A stretch of 64,000 bases of DNA from an uncultured Methanoregula sp. (lineage in GTDB: Archaea > Halobacteriota > Methanomicrobia > Methanomicrobiales > Methanospirillaceae). The stretch is from NCBI GenBank assembly GCA_964590415.1, contig CAZPVQ010000005.1:26334-90333 (forward strand). The letters are read 5' to 3'. The stretch's first letter is position 1, and each line of letters opens with the position of its first letter. Under the pieces are notes generated by a model. The model was not told where the DNA came from, did no database searches, and saw only the letters and a list, made by a program, of their open reading frames with translations. A program made the translations under genes and the position numbers. Below are positions 1-9,594 of the stretch, in pieces.

Positions 1-2
1 GT

Positions 3-152
3 ATCGCTGGAAAAAGCATGCTTTGTATTTCAGAAGATGCGGGTTGCACCTGCAGGAAATGTCCGGTCACCCTGGAACTCGGTCTCACCTATCATGATTT
101 CTGTCTGAAAGGTGCAGAAGCCGCACAACGTTACGAACACGAAGTCCATTAA
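3..152 (+). CDS. Partial (3' end) Cys-rich DUF2769-like protein
   Basis: Manual translation IAGKSMLCISEDAGCTCRKCPVTLELGLTYHDFCLKG...HEVH* (TAA 150-152); the GKS..GCxCxxCPV..FCxKG pattern fits methanogen DUF2769 proteins. Followed by a T-tract. Confidence 0.7.
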   Translation: MAGKSMLCISEDAGCTCRKCPVTLELGLTYHDFCLKGAEAAQRYEHEVH

Positions 153-382
153 AGGGGTTTTTTTGGTTCTGGAGAAATGTTTTTTTTAAAAACCTGAACG
201 TTCACGCGGTTTCACCCCAGCCGCTTTGGCTCCGCCCAGATGCGATACGACCTGAACGGGTACTACGTCATCATCACTCTTGAGCACCGGGATTGCAAGA
301 GGAGACAGGCACGGTCCCCTCCATCATCCTGCAGGCTTTGAACTTAATACCCTGATAAAGGAATTTTACAGAGCCACCTTTT

Positions 383-1606
383 TCATATTCTTCTGCTGCA
401 ACCACACTTCTCCGCAGCCTTCGCGACAGCTTTTGCTACTGCCAGTGTCACTTCCCTGTCAAGAATATTTGGCAGGATGCGATCCCTCTGGGGTTTTTTG
501 AGAAAATCTGCAATCGCATGCGCTGCCGCAATCTTCATCTCATCGGTAATCCGTGTGGCACGGGCATCGAGCGCCCCCCTGAATATGCCCGGAAATGCGA
601 GAACGTTATTGATCTGGTTGGGGAAATCACTTCGCCCGGTTCCAACGATAGCCGCTCCGGCTTGCATCGCTGCATCAGGCCAGATTTCCGGTACCGGGTT
701 TGCCATTGCAAACACAATCGGATCCTTGTTCATTGACCGGATCATCTCTTCTGTGACTATTTCCGGCCCTGATACGCCGATAAAGACATCGGCACCCAGC
801 ATCGCATCCGCAAGTGTTCCCTCACGCGGCAGGTGATTAGTTTCCTCTGCAATGATGAACTTATACTTGTTTTTGTACAATCCTTCCCTTCCCCGGAAAA
901 TAATCCCCTGCGTATCACAGACAATGATCTCGTGCACGGCAGTGCAGACATTGGGATCATATCCGATGCATTTGAGTAACCGTGTGATTGCATAACCGGC
1001 AGCTCCGGCTCCACATATCACAATATTCAGGTCCTCATACCTTTTCCCGGTAACTTTACAGGCATTGAGAAGTGCTGCAAGAACAACAACCGCTGTTCCG
1101 TGCTGATCATCATGCATCACGGGAATACCGATGTCCTGCAGGGCATCTTCAACTTCAAAACATTTGGGTGCAGCGATATCCTCAAGATTGATGCCTCCAA
1201 AAACCGGCGCGATATTTTTTACCTGGTCGGTAAAATCCGTTTCATAATTTTCAAAACAGATAGGAAAAGCATCGATGTCTGCAAACTCCTTGAACAGGAT
1301 CGCTTTTCCCTCCATGACAGGTATCGCTGCATATCCCCCTATGTTACCAAGCCCGAGAACCGCAGAACCGTCAGTAACGATTGCAATTGAGTTCGCCTTC
1401 ATCGTATACTTGTATGCTAGATACTTATCCTTTGAAATTTCCCTGCAAACTTCGGCCACACCTGGCGTGTAAGCAAGGGAGAGATCATGTTTATTTTTCA
1501 GCGGAACCTTTGAGCGGATCTCCAGTTTTCCCTGGTGCTTGGCATGCAGGGCAAGCGCTTCTTTATCGATCTCACTACTTCCCGGTGTAAACAGCATCAA
1601 CCACAT
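383..1606 (-). CDS. NAD(P)-dependent malic enzyme (short type)
   Basis: LSLAYTPGVA, TDGSAVLGLGNIG, MEGKAILFK, NLEDIAAPKCF, HDDQHGTA, GAGAAG, MANPVPEI, GRSDFPNQINNVLAFPGIFRGALD. Start could be the ATG at 1597. Confidence 0.95.
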   Translation of the reverse strand: MWLMLFTPGSSEIDKEALALHAKHQGKLEIRSKVPLKNKHDLSLAYTPGVAEVCREISKDKYLAYKYTMKANSIAIVTDGSAVLGLGNIGGYAAIPVMEGKAILFKEFADIDAFPICFENYETDFTDQVKNIAPVFGGINLEDIAAPKCFEVEDALQDIGIPVMHDDQHGTAVVVLAALLNACKVTGKRYEDLNIVICGAGAAGYAITRLLKCIGYDPNVCTAVHEIIVCDTQGIIFRGREGLYKNKYKFIIAEETNHLPREGTLADAMLGADVFIGVSGPEIVTEEMIRSMNKDPIVFAMANPVPEIWPDAAMQAGAAIVGTGRSDFPNQINNVLAFPGIFRGALDARATRITDEMKIAAAHAIADFLKKPQRDRILPNILDREVTLAVAKAVAKAAEKCGCSRRI

Positions 1607-1628
1607 TCCTTATACGTGAGAGCGTTCG

Positions 1629-3656
1629 TCAAGGCAATGAATGTTGCTGGCAGACTGTCACTTTACCAGACTTCACACAATTCCTGCTTTTGTGCATTTT
1701 TCTCCCAGGAGGATGGCGAAATGCAAACGCTATTTCTTCCCACGCTTTTTCCAGCAGGTTGCGGTAATAGGGCAGATCAAAAGCAGCGGCGTTCCATTCA
1801 GGCTCAGCCTGGTATCTCCGGGCATCTGTCACTATGTACCGGATCTTCATACCCGGTGAAATCTCTACGCCATGCTTCCGGTATGCATGAACTGCCGTAC
1901 CTTCAATGCACCGTTGAGCATAGCTGAGCCGGCTTATCCGGCGGTTGATAACCATCGCCTTCGGATCTGCTGATGGAAGACACGTTACGGTCCTGCGGAA
2001 AATATTCCTGATCTCTTCTTTCTTATCTTCGAGCTCTGCGATGCTGGTGGCACCCGCCATGACCTCAAGCATCCGGCTTTGCATCGAGCGGATGAACTCC
2101 GGGGTATCGTGTCGCCGTGCCGCGATCCCCCGGACCTTCACGCTTCCATCAGACAGCCTGCCAAAATACCGGTTGTATGCGCCAAAACCGTCATTCATCG
2201 GCTGGAAAACAATCCAGTTGAAGTGATCGATCTCGGTGTGAATTCCAATCTCATTCTCGACCGATTGCTTCAGCAGAGCGACCGGAGATCCCTGAACCCA
2301 GAGACAGTCCACAATGCCGTGCAGCACCGTAAAACCCATTTCTTCTGCAATATCCTTCGTGCGGATCAGGATATCCCGGGACCGTCCCGTGATTCCTTCA
2401 TGCACTTCGATCCTCCCGAACTTCGCGTTCTTGTAGCCCGTATACCCAAAGCAGGTGACAAGCATCCACTTCAGGATTGAATCAATACCAGTGAGACGGG
2501 AATCCGTTTTCTTCAATCGTTTGGTAGTGATACGCAGATCAAGAAGAGGTTTCAGCGCTGCGGGTAGGAACCCAGCCCGTTCCGGGTGCCCGATCGTCTC
2601 GGGTGACAGGTTGGACTGCACGATAATCGAGGGATATAGGGAGGTGAAATCAAGTTCCTCCACGTTTTCGTAGATGCCTGGTGTCGGCTGGAGCATCATC
2701 CCGCCCCGGTCCGCAGCCTGAAGCCGTGAGATATGCCGGATCATCTCCGGGTCGCTCTTCCGGAACGGTACTGCAATACCCTGCTTCACTGCTTCATAGA
2801 CTTCATAACTGCTGATGAGGGTGCCCGGGGTGAAACGGGATGCAAGGTTCGGCGGGAGTCCTGAGAGTCGTGCGGCCATGAGCAACCCCTCAAGCCCGCC
2901 TTCCTGGTATACGAACGACTGTTCAGTGTCGATCAGGATACGCCCATCAGGAATGAGGGCGGATTCTTTGTGCTCCATTCTTCCGTAACTCCAGTACGAA
3001 CGGGCGTCCATCTGCCGGTACTTCCCGCTCCGTGAGAATGGCAGAGAAAGTCCGTGTTTTTGCGCCTCCTTCTGAATCCTGGGCATCCAGGTATCGGCAT
3101 CCGGCATGAGAATTACATCCGGGTCAATCGACCTTACGAGGACAAAGAGATCTGCAAGCACGTTCTTTGTCCGGCCGGTCAGCCGCTCGGTGCATTCGTG
3201 AATCACCTCAACATCAGAGCAGAGTCTGGGGAGTGCAGGATTGTCGTGAATGGTGATCTTCACACTTTTCAGATTGTGCAAGAATTCCGGAGAGAATCTT
3301 GAATCATTGTCTGCACTGCAGGGAAAGATCCCCTTCTCCGCCATGAAACGCTGGTCCCGGCGCACATCAACATTGAAGAGCTGCACATCAAATGCTGCCT
3401 GCTGTTCGATTGTTTCGGCAACATTACGGCCTGCATAGACTGAGTAGCCCGTGAGATCCCCAAAGAGGGTATGGATAGTGCACTCATCTGCACCGTACCG
3501 CTCTTCAAGGGTATCGATCATCTCATGATGAGCAGGCGGGTCGTGGAAGTGGATGAGGAAGGGGGGATGGTAATCGTGATGGATTTTTGTTACTGACCCC
3601 TCCTTTGTCCAGAGATCAATTCCTCCATTCCGGTACGCCGAGTCAATGATCCACAT
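1629..3656 (-). CDS. polB2: Family B DNA polymerase, archaeal PolB2 (Dpo2) group
   Basis: Motif A ELDFTSLYPSII; motif B LKWMLVTCFGYTGY; motif C HGIVDCLWV in place of YGDTDS; KVRGIAARRHD; no recognisable ExoI DxE motif. Confidence 0.9.
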   Translation of the reverse strand: MWIIDSAYRNGGIDLWTKEGSVTKIHHDYHPPFLIHFHDPPAHHEMIDTLEERYGADECTIHTLFGDLTGYSVYAGRNVAETIEQQAAFDVQLFNVDVRRDQRFMAEKGIFPCSADNDSRFSPEFLHNLKSVKITIHDNPALPRLCSDVEVIHECTERLTGRTKNVLADLFVLVRSIDPDVILMPDADTWMPRIQKEAQKHGLSLPFSRSGKYRQMDARSYWSYGRMEHKESALIPDGRILIDTEQSFVYQEGGLEGLLMAARLSGLPPNLASRFTPGTLISSYEVYEAVKQGIAVPFRKSDPEMIRHISRLQAADRGGMMLQPTPGIYENVEELDFTSLYPSIIVQSNLSPETIGHPERAGFLPAALKPLLDLRITTKRLKKTDSRLTGIDSILKWMLVTCFGYTGYKNAKFGRIEVHEGITGRSRDILIRTKDIAEEMGFTVLHGIVDCLWVQGSPVALLKQSVENEIGIHTEIDHFNWIVFQPMNDGFGAYNRYFGRLSDGSVKVRGIAARRHDTPEFIRSMQSRMLEVMAGATSIAELEDKKEEIRNIFRRTVTCLPSADPKAMVINRRISRLSYAQRCIEGTAVHAYRKHGVEISPGMKIRYIVTDARRYQAEPEWNAAAFDLPYYRNLLEKAWEEIAFAFRHPPGRKMHKSRNCVKSGKVTVCQQHSLP

Positions 3657-3897
3657 CTTCCCTCAGGAGCAATTCGATCTGGTCCTGGCGCTTGATGGTC
3701 TCAACGAGTACCGAGAAGACCGCAGCTTCGAGCGGATCATCGCAGGCAATGAACGCTTCACTCGAATGTTTCTTTGCCAGTTCCACCAGTTTCTCACCGT
3801 ACTGCTGATCCTCCTTTTTAAGTGCCCGTGATGACCGGGCCCAGCGGTCTGCAATGTTTTTCACCCCTTGACGGACACTCCCAAAACTTCTTCCCAT
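3643..3897 (-). CDS. Small helical PolB2-associated protein
   Basis: 84 aa MGRSF..W..SSRALKKEDQ..LVELAKKH..DPLEAAVFSVLVE; overlaps the polB2 start by 14 nt and shares TAATG with the upstream gene; resembles the small protein encoded beside polB2 genes. Confidence 0.75.
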   Translation of the reverse strand: MGRSFGSVRQGVKNIADRWARSSRALKKEDQQYGEKLVELAKKHSSEAFIACDDPLEAAVFSVLVETIKRQDQIELLLREDVDH

Positions 3898-4451
3898 TAC
3901 GATACCTCCAGAGTCTGCTGCGCATACGGAATGACCCCGCTATGACGAGATGAACGGGAGCTGCGATACAGGGTAGTACCGCTGCCATTGTCAGCCGGCG
4001 TGATCTCGATGATGTGGTCGGCCTGCCGCATCAGTAGAGAGAACGAGCGGTCGAGGGAGGGGGTATACAGGATCACAAGCGATTCACGACCAACTTCTTT
4101 GAGCATTCCCGCGATCTGCGGCAGCATATTCTCTGCTCCATCAAAAAGTGTCGGATCGTGCTCAAGGAGCACGACCGTGTGGCTCACCTCTTTCAGTATG
4201 GTGAAGAGCTGGTGAGCAGTGAATGCCCTGCGAACCTCAAAGTTTTTGGATGACCGGCTGATCGAAGAGAGGAGTTGTGAGTAATTACCGCTCACGTACA
4301 GGAAGAGAAAACGCTGGAGATCCGTGTTGCTGTTGAGTGCGGAGACCATCACCTTCCCGGGTGCGATCACCGCATTAAAGGTGCCTGGATGGAGCGTCAT
4401 CCCCTTACGGAGTTCGATCAACATAGCACCGGATATCTCCCACTCTGACAT
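3897..4451 (-). CDS. PolB2-operon accessory protein, probable inactive RadA/RecA-fold
   Basis: 184 aa; EVRRAFTAHQL followed by strand VVLLEHD resembles the RadA core; no Walker A GKT/S; first gene of the polB2 operon. Confidence 0.65.
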   Translation of the reverse strand: MSEWEISGAMLIELRKGMTLHPGTFNAVIAPGKVMVSALNSNTDLQRFLFLYVSGNYSQLLSSISRSSKNFEVRRAFTAHQLFTILKEVSHTVVLLEHDPTLFDGAENMLPQIAGMLKEVGRESLVILYTPSLDRSFSLLMRQADHIIEITPADNGSGTTLYRSSRSSRHSGVIPYAQQTLEVS

Positions 4452-4484
4452 GGATAAGGCTCAGGTATGAGCGGTGCGAAAGTG

Positions 4485-4490
4485 CTTAAA
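4485..4490 (-). promoter_or_regulatory. Probable TATA box of the polB2 operon
   Basis: TTTAAG on the minus strand about 34 nt upstream of ATG 4451. Confidence 0.5.
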
Positions 4491-5119
4491 GACGAGATTC
4501 TACTTTCTGCTGGAGAAGAGATCCAATTGCTGCGTCTCCGGGGTTGGGTCTCCATGCAGGGCTAAAAAGTAACCGGACATGGTAAAAGGCTTCTTTATAC
4601 TACTCTCCAATTATATTTTTTCGCGCTTAGCAGTGTTATTAAAAAAATGCAATTAAAAGCCTCGCCTAATTGTCATCTGATTAACGCACCAACATTATCC
4701 TTTTGTTTGAAAGGCTGATATCCTGTTACTGATGATGCAAAACTTGACCCTGAATTTATTGGAGGTACAATCCGACAGTTTCTTCGTGAAAATTCAGCTG
4801 AACAAATGGTAATTATGGATGTTTTGAAAGAACTTTAAAAGGTAATTACGTGATGTAAAGTGTGATTGTTTTTAATAAAAATAAATAGATTCAAACAAAG
4901 TGGAGAAGAAAAGATCCAATAAGACCGATAATACCTTTTATTGTGATTAAGATCATTCCGATAACAATAATCCAAAATACTCATTGAGATTAACTTCGAG
5001 TGTTGGTGTTTATGAAAAAAAACCCAATGTGGGGTTGCCTTCCAGTTTTGGTTATTTGGAGGAGGAAAATTTTAAAAAAGAGATAATATATGCCAGCGCT
5101 TAAGACTTAAAAAATTTTA

Positions 5120-5191
5120 CGCCTCGGCCGGGATTTGAACCCGGGTCAAAAGCTCCGGAGGCTTCTAGGATGTCCACTACCCTACCGAGGC
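5120..5191 (-). tRNA. tRNA-Arg(CCG)
   Basis: GCCTCGG/CCGAGGC acceptor stem, anticodon arm GAAGC-CTCCGGA-GCTTT, T arm CCGGG-TTCAAAT-CCCGG; CCA not encoded; TTTATAT box at 5224-5230. Confidence 0.95.
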
Positions 5192-5960
5192 ACATTTTTA
5201 CCTACTTATTCTCTTTCCCACCCATATAAATGCAAGGGATGGAGGGGGTGCATTTTTTTGGAGTGTTCTTTCGGGAGACCGGAAACTTATCAGCCTTCTC
5301 GTAATCCATGACAAGGCAGACATGCCATAGGAGTGTAAAGCCATCCAGATTGGTTAACCCTGCGGGATATGGTTAACCTGACTCTTTTTTGAGTGCATGA
5401 AGGGTAAGTTCGCTTATAATCCAAATCTCCCTATCTAGAGGTTGTTTTGGCGATAGGAAAGTGTCAGGATCGCTCAGATCGCAGAAAACCACGAATTACA
5501 AGTCACTTTTTTCGCTATCTCGAATCAACAGGGTTTTCCGGTGAAAATAACTTTGATTTGAGTCCGGAAAAATGTCCCTAACAGATCCTTATGGTTGGCG
5601 GATCTTTTTCCAAAATGCGCTGTCAGTCGTGAAAAAGGGAAAATGGCTGTTTTGATTATGCTCCGGTTCAGCGATATTGTCGAGAAACTGTCCGGAGTGT
5701 AATACCGCCATAAAAAAACGGGGGCCTCCTCAAACCCGGATTGAACAGATCGGTCCATCTTTGCAACAAGAGACCCGGATAGTCCCTGCTTATTATGCAG
5801 CCAAAGTGTTCAATGTCAGCACTGTATTTTGGATATAAATTGCAAAAACGGGGTCATATCCAAAATCGAAGTGCAATGCAAAGTTGCATAGCGAATTTAA
5901 TAAATAATAATCGAGTAAATTTATTCCTTACTCTTATGGAATCCTTAGAGGATTAAAATT

Positions 5961-7655
5961 ATGGAAGCAGACATACATCTGGAGAATCCGTATTTTCCTT
6001 GGACAAAAACTGAGGGAGATACAATAAAATGCTGGCTGAAGGGGGATTTGTTGTATAAGGATACAATATTGGAAGGTCCAGCGATAATATCTCTGTTTTC
6101 TTCTCTACCCTCTTCTTCTGGAATGTATGATGACGCACTCAAAGATCTTCTCTTTGGCTTTAGTGGTTCTTTTGCGCTGGTCATTGAAACCCCAGATAGT
6201 CTCCTGTGCGTGGTTGATCGCATCCGGAGTATTCCCCTATTTTATGCGAAAACAGACTCGCAATTCATCTTATCTGACGATGCATATTTTATTAAGAACA
6301 GGATAAAACCCCCATTTAATAAAAAAAATGGTGCTGAATTTTTAGTAACAGCATATGTTACCGGGCACGAAACGTTATTTGATGGATTATATCAAATCCG
6401 AGGGGGAGAATTTCTGGTTTATTCAAAAATCGATTGTCGTGTAACTACTTCCTTTTATCATCGATTCTGGCATGAAGGTTTTTTTTGTGATTCCGAAGAA
6501 GAGTTACTAAAACTTCTCGATGAGGTTTTTGTTCAGGTTTTTCAAAAACTTATTGCATCCACAAAAGGGAAAGGATTGCAGATTATCGTACCACTGAGTG
6601 GGGGACTTGATTCAAGGATAATTGTCGCGATGCTGAAACGTCTCGGTGTTGATGATGTAATCTGCTTTTCTTATGGAAAAAAAGGAAATCATGAAGCTGA
6701 AATCAGTAAAAAAGTAGCAGAAGTATTGGGATATCGATGGTATTTTGTTGAATATACCAATGACAAATGGTATCAATGCCGCCATTCAGAAGAAATGACC
6801 GCATATGAACGATATGCGGGTAATCTCGCCTCTCTGCCACATATTCAGGATTTCCTAGCATTACAGGAATTACAAAAAGAGGGTAAGATTCCTAAAAAAT
6901 CAGTTTTTATACCCGGCCATTGTGGAAATTTGATTGCTGGGGATTGTTTACCAAAAAAAATTCTGGAAATACCTCCAAATAATGATCAGTTTATCACATT
7001 CGCATTGCACGAACATTATTTACTCTGGCCCTGGAATGAGAGAGAGGGGGAAGAACTTGAGACACATTTCCGACACAAAATTCAACAATCGGTTGGAAAT
7101 ATTGCAATATATGATGCAGAATCCCTGGCAAATGTAATTGAATATTTCAACGGTAGTGAAAGACAAGCAAAATTTATTGTAAACTCCGTTCGAGCATACG
7201 AATTTTTTGGGTATAAGTGGAAAATACCTCTCTGGGATGCAGAAGATTTCTTTTTAAGAGTGCCGTTAAAATACAGGATGCGATACGGTGACAATTACTT
7301 GTATATGAATTATGCAAAAAAAAATTTGTTTATTGACGATAGAAAAAAATTATGGGATATTGACTGTACAACAAAACTCCATTATAATCCGAATAAAACA
7401 TTTAAGAAAAAATGTGAAAATATAATCGACAATAATAAACTGTTAAAGAATTGTTGGCATCGGTATTATTTTTTTAAAAGAAGAAAATTTGCCCTCAATA
7501 AAGAGTCAAATGCACATTTCGGAATGATTGAAAAAGAAAAACTTTCGACATTTTTCACCGGAAAAGAATTTCCGGCTTCATTTTTAACAATGAGCTATTT
7601 AGAGAAATTCATACCCTCCCCTTTGGATTTAATCGGGATTAAAAAACGTTTATAA
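5961..7655 (+). CDS. Asparagine-synthetase (AsnB)-like PP-loop amide ligase, glycan-cluster type
   Basis: PP-loop IVPLSGGLDSR; degenerate Ntn domain (DRIRSIPLFY) without N-terminal Cys; ERQAKFIVNSVRAYEFFG; visibly AT-rich. Confidence 0.85.
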   Translation: MEADIHLENPYFPWTKTEGDTIKCWLKGDLLYKDTILEGPAIISLFSSLPSSSGMYDDALKDLLFGFSGSFALVIETPDSLLCVVDRIRSIPLFYAKTDSQFILSDDAYFIKNRIKPPFNKKNGAEFLVTAYVTGHETLFDGLYQIRGGEFLVYSKIDCRVTTSFYHRFWHEGFFCDSEEELLKLLDEVFVQVFQKLIASTKGKGLQIIVPLSGGLDSRIIVAMLKRLGVDDVICFSYGKKGNHEAEISKKVAEVLGYRWYFVEYTNDKWYQCRHSEEMTAYERYAGNLASLPHIQDFLALQELQKEGKIPKKSVFIPGHCGNLIAGDCLPKKILEIPPNNDQFITFALHEHYLLWPWNEREGEELETHFRHKIQQSVGNIAIYDAESLANVIEYFNGSERQAKFIVNSVRAYEFFGYKWKIPLWDAEDFFLRVPLKYRMRYGDNYLYMNYAKKNLFIDDRKKLWDIDCTTKLHYNPNKTFKKKCENIIDNNKLLKNCWHRYYFFKRRKFALNKESNAHFGMIEKEKLSTFFTGKEFPASFLTMSYLEKFIPSPLDLIGIKKRL

Positions 7656-7766
7656 ATTTTTTTGGACAAAGATTGCCAGATATTCCTGTCATGAAGTTTG
7701 GTTAACCAATAAGTACCTATGATCCTATCAATGTTAATATCAAGATCCGGAAACAGGTATACTTCA

Positions 7767-8402
7767 TTAAAAGTTGCTTTGCTTTCTCTTTGCAAGTTGC
7801 ATGCGCTCTTCTGATATAACGGTTTGTCCTTCGAAATGAAATGTGGTCAGCTCGAGATTACCGACAGATTTCCCAAGGGATTCAATCCAATCTTCTCCTC
7901 GGAGTATACCGTGGAATTGCTGAAGGAATACTCCATGAGATACGACAAGAATTCTTTGGCCCATAAAATGGGTAATAACATACTCAAAGAATGCCTCAGC
8001 GCGGGCTCTCAATTCATCAAATGTTTCTGCCTGTGGGGGATTGAGTGAGTGGTAATCACCTCCAACTTTTATGAAATGAATGGGTGGCCTGAGGTGCTCC
8101 ACATCAGCATACGCACATCCCTGCAATATTCCATAGTTGCGCTCCTGGGCATAATATGAAGGGACAATTTTAATACGCCCCTCCGTAAGAATCTGAGCTG
8201 TTTCAGTTGCACGCCGTAGTGGAGAGACGAGGGCTACATCGAATTCCATAGATCTGACCCGTGCGGCAGCATGGCTCACATCATTTCTTCCCGCCTCATT
8301 AAGAGGAATATCGATAGTTCCGGCATACCGGTTTTCCTTGTTATAGTCCGTCTCTCCGTGCCTTACCGTAGTCAATGACCACGGGTTAGTCAAGGGTAAC
8401 AC
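7767..8402 (-). CDS. Histidine phosphatase family protein (dPGM/CobC-like)
   Basis: RHGET, SPLRRATET, QERNYG, VSHG motifs; start overlaps the stop of the enolase-like gene. Confidence 0.9.
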   Translation of the reverse strand: MLPLTNPWSLTTVRHGETDYNKENRYAGTIDIPLNEAGRNDVSHAAARVRSMEFDVALVSPLRRATETAQILTEGRIKIVPSYYAQERNYGILQGCAYADVEHLRPPIHFIKVGGDYHSLNPPQAETFDELRARAEAFFEYVITHFMGQRILVVSHGVFLQQFHGILRGEDWIESLGKSVGNLELTTFHFEGQTVISEERMQLAKRKQSNF

Positions 8403-9594
8403 CGGTCAGTCTGATAAGTTCATTAAACCGAATAATGGAAGAGTAGTCTGTGTACAAGGGTCCGATTTTCATGTATTCTACTCCGCCGAGTACCGTAAGA
8501 TGTGCAAGGAAAACAGACTCAGTGCTTATTGATCGATGTGAAGTAATGACGAGCTGCCCGAACCTCTGCGCCATGTCAACCGCTCTTTGAACTGCCGAGA
8601 CGGTCCCTGCCTGGTTTGGTTTGATAATTGTCCCATGAGTGTAACCATTGCGTGATCCTTGCTCAATTCTGTCAGCGTCCGATGAATAGAGATTGTCTCC
8701 TATGATTTTGCATTTGGATTGGCTATCAACCAGCAATTTCCACCCATTGTAATCATGTTCTTGAAAGGGATCTTCCAGTAACCCGACCCCATATTCATTG
8801 ATCAGGTCCACCCAATATTTCTCCAGCTCAGGAGTACTTCTGAAGGATCCATCTGTAACAGAGAACTTATAGCCGTCACCGTTCCACAAGTCACCTGCAG
8901 AAGCGTCAATCATTATGTCATATTCTTCTATCAGTCCGAGTCGCTCAAGAATATCTTGGAGAAAGCCAATACACTCCCTATTGTCGATAGTCTTGAACCG
9001 ATGCACAGGATTCTGATTCATAATAATCCGTTCGCATCGTGCAAGCCCTTCTTTAACTTCTCGCTGAATTTCAGCGTGATCTCGAATTACCTTGTGGACA
9101 TTATTACGCTTCGGCACAAGCAAATATTCCGAGAAATCACTGAGGACAGGGTTTGTATAAGCATGCTGTCCACCGTTGAGGATATTTAAGCACAATCGAG
9201 GGAATTCGGCTCCCATTCTTACTTCACGGTCTACCCAGAACTTATGCAGAGGGAAATGCATCGCGTTGAAGAATGCCAAAGAAAGCGCCCAACAATTATT
9301 GCGACCGAATTGCTTTGTTTTCAACTGCAGAAAGTCATCAAAGTCGGATTGAGTCAGGGAATTTACCAGCAACCCATACTCCTGGATTTCTCCTATGATT
9401 TTTTGGATATCCGAACGTGTTGTTCTATCCTCATAAATACCAATTGTCTCACCTTGAGGAGATGCACCTATACCGATATTTCCGTTCTCCAGTTCGATAA
9501 CAAATTCATTGGTGAAACCCATATGGGAGTTGAGAATCCGTGTACAATTAATGGATCTTATCTTGTGTGTAGCTTGTTCTACTTCCATGAACAA
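8386..9594 (-). CDS. Divergent enolase-family protein
   Basis: NILNGGQHA, MIDAS, LEDPF, GDNL, IKPNQAGT, SHRS, MKIG, FNELIRL align with enolase motifs; PSGAST and GDEGG are absent. Confidence 0.8.
   Translation of the reverse strand: MFMEVEQATHKIRSINCTRILNSHMGFTNEFVIELENGNIGIGASPQGETIGIYEDRTTRSDIQKIIGEIQEYGLLVNSLTQSDFDDFLQLKTKQFGRNNCWALSLAFFNAMHFPLHKFWVDREVRMGAEFPRLCLNILNGGQHAYTNPVLSDFSEYLLVPKRNNVHKVIRDHAEIQREVKEGLARCERIIMNQNPVHRFKTIDNRECIGFLQDILERLGLIEEYDIMIDASAGDLWNGDGYKFSVTDGSFRSTPELEKYWVDLINEYGVGLLEDPFQEHDYNGWKLLVDSQSKCKIIGDNLYSSDADRIEQGSRNGYTHGTIIKPNQAGTVSAVQRAVDMAQRFGQLVITSHRSISTESVFLAHLTVLGGVEYMKIGPLYTDYSSIIRFNELIRLTGVTLD

Noticed and set aside
4478-4483. ACTTTC next to the polB2 TATA, matching the Sulfolobus DNA-damage hexamer ANTTTC
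   Set aside because: Only five informative bases, and the motif is defined in a distant lineage; a chance match is likely.
5525-5758. 77-aa ORF (also 36803-37066 and 12353-12586)
   Set aside because: No motifs, atypical composition, or overlap with a tRNA or promoters.
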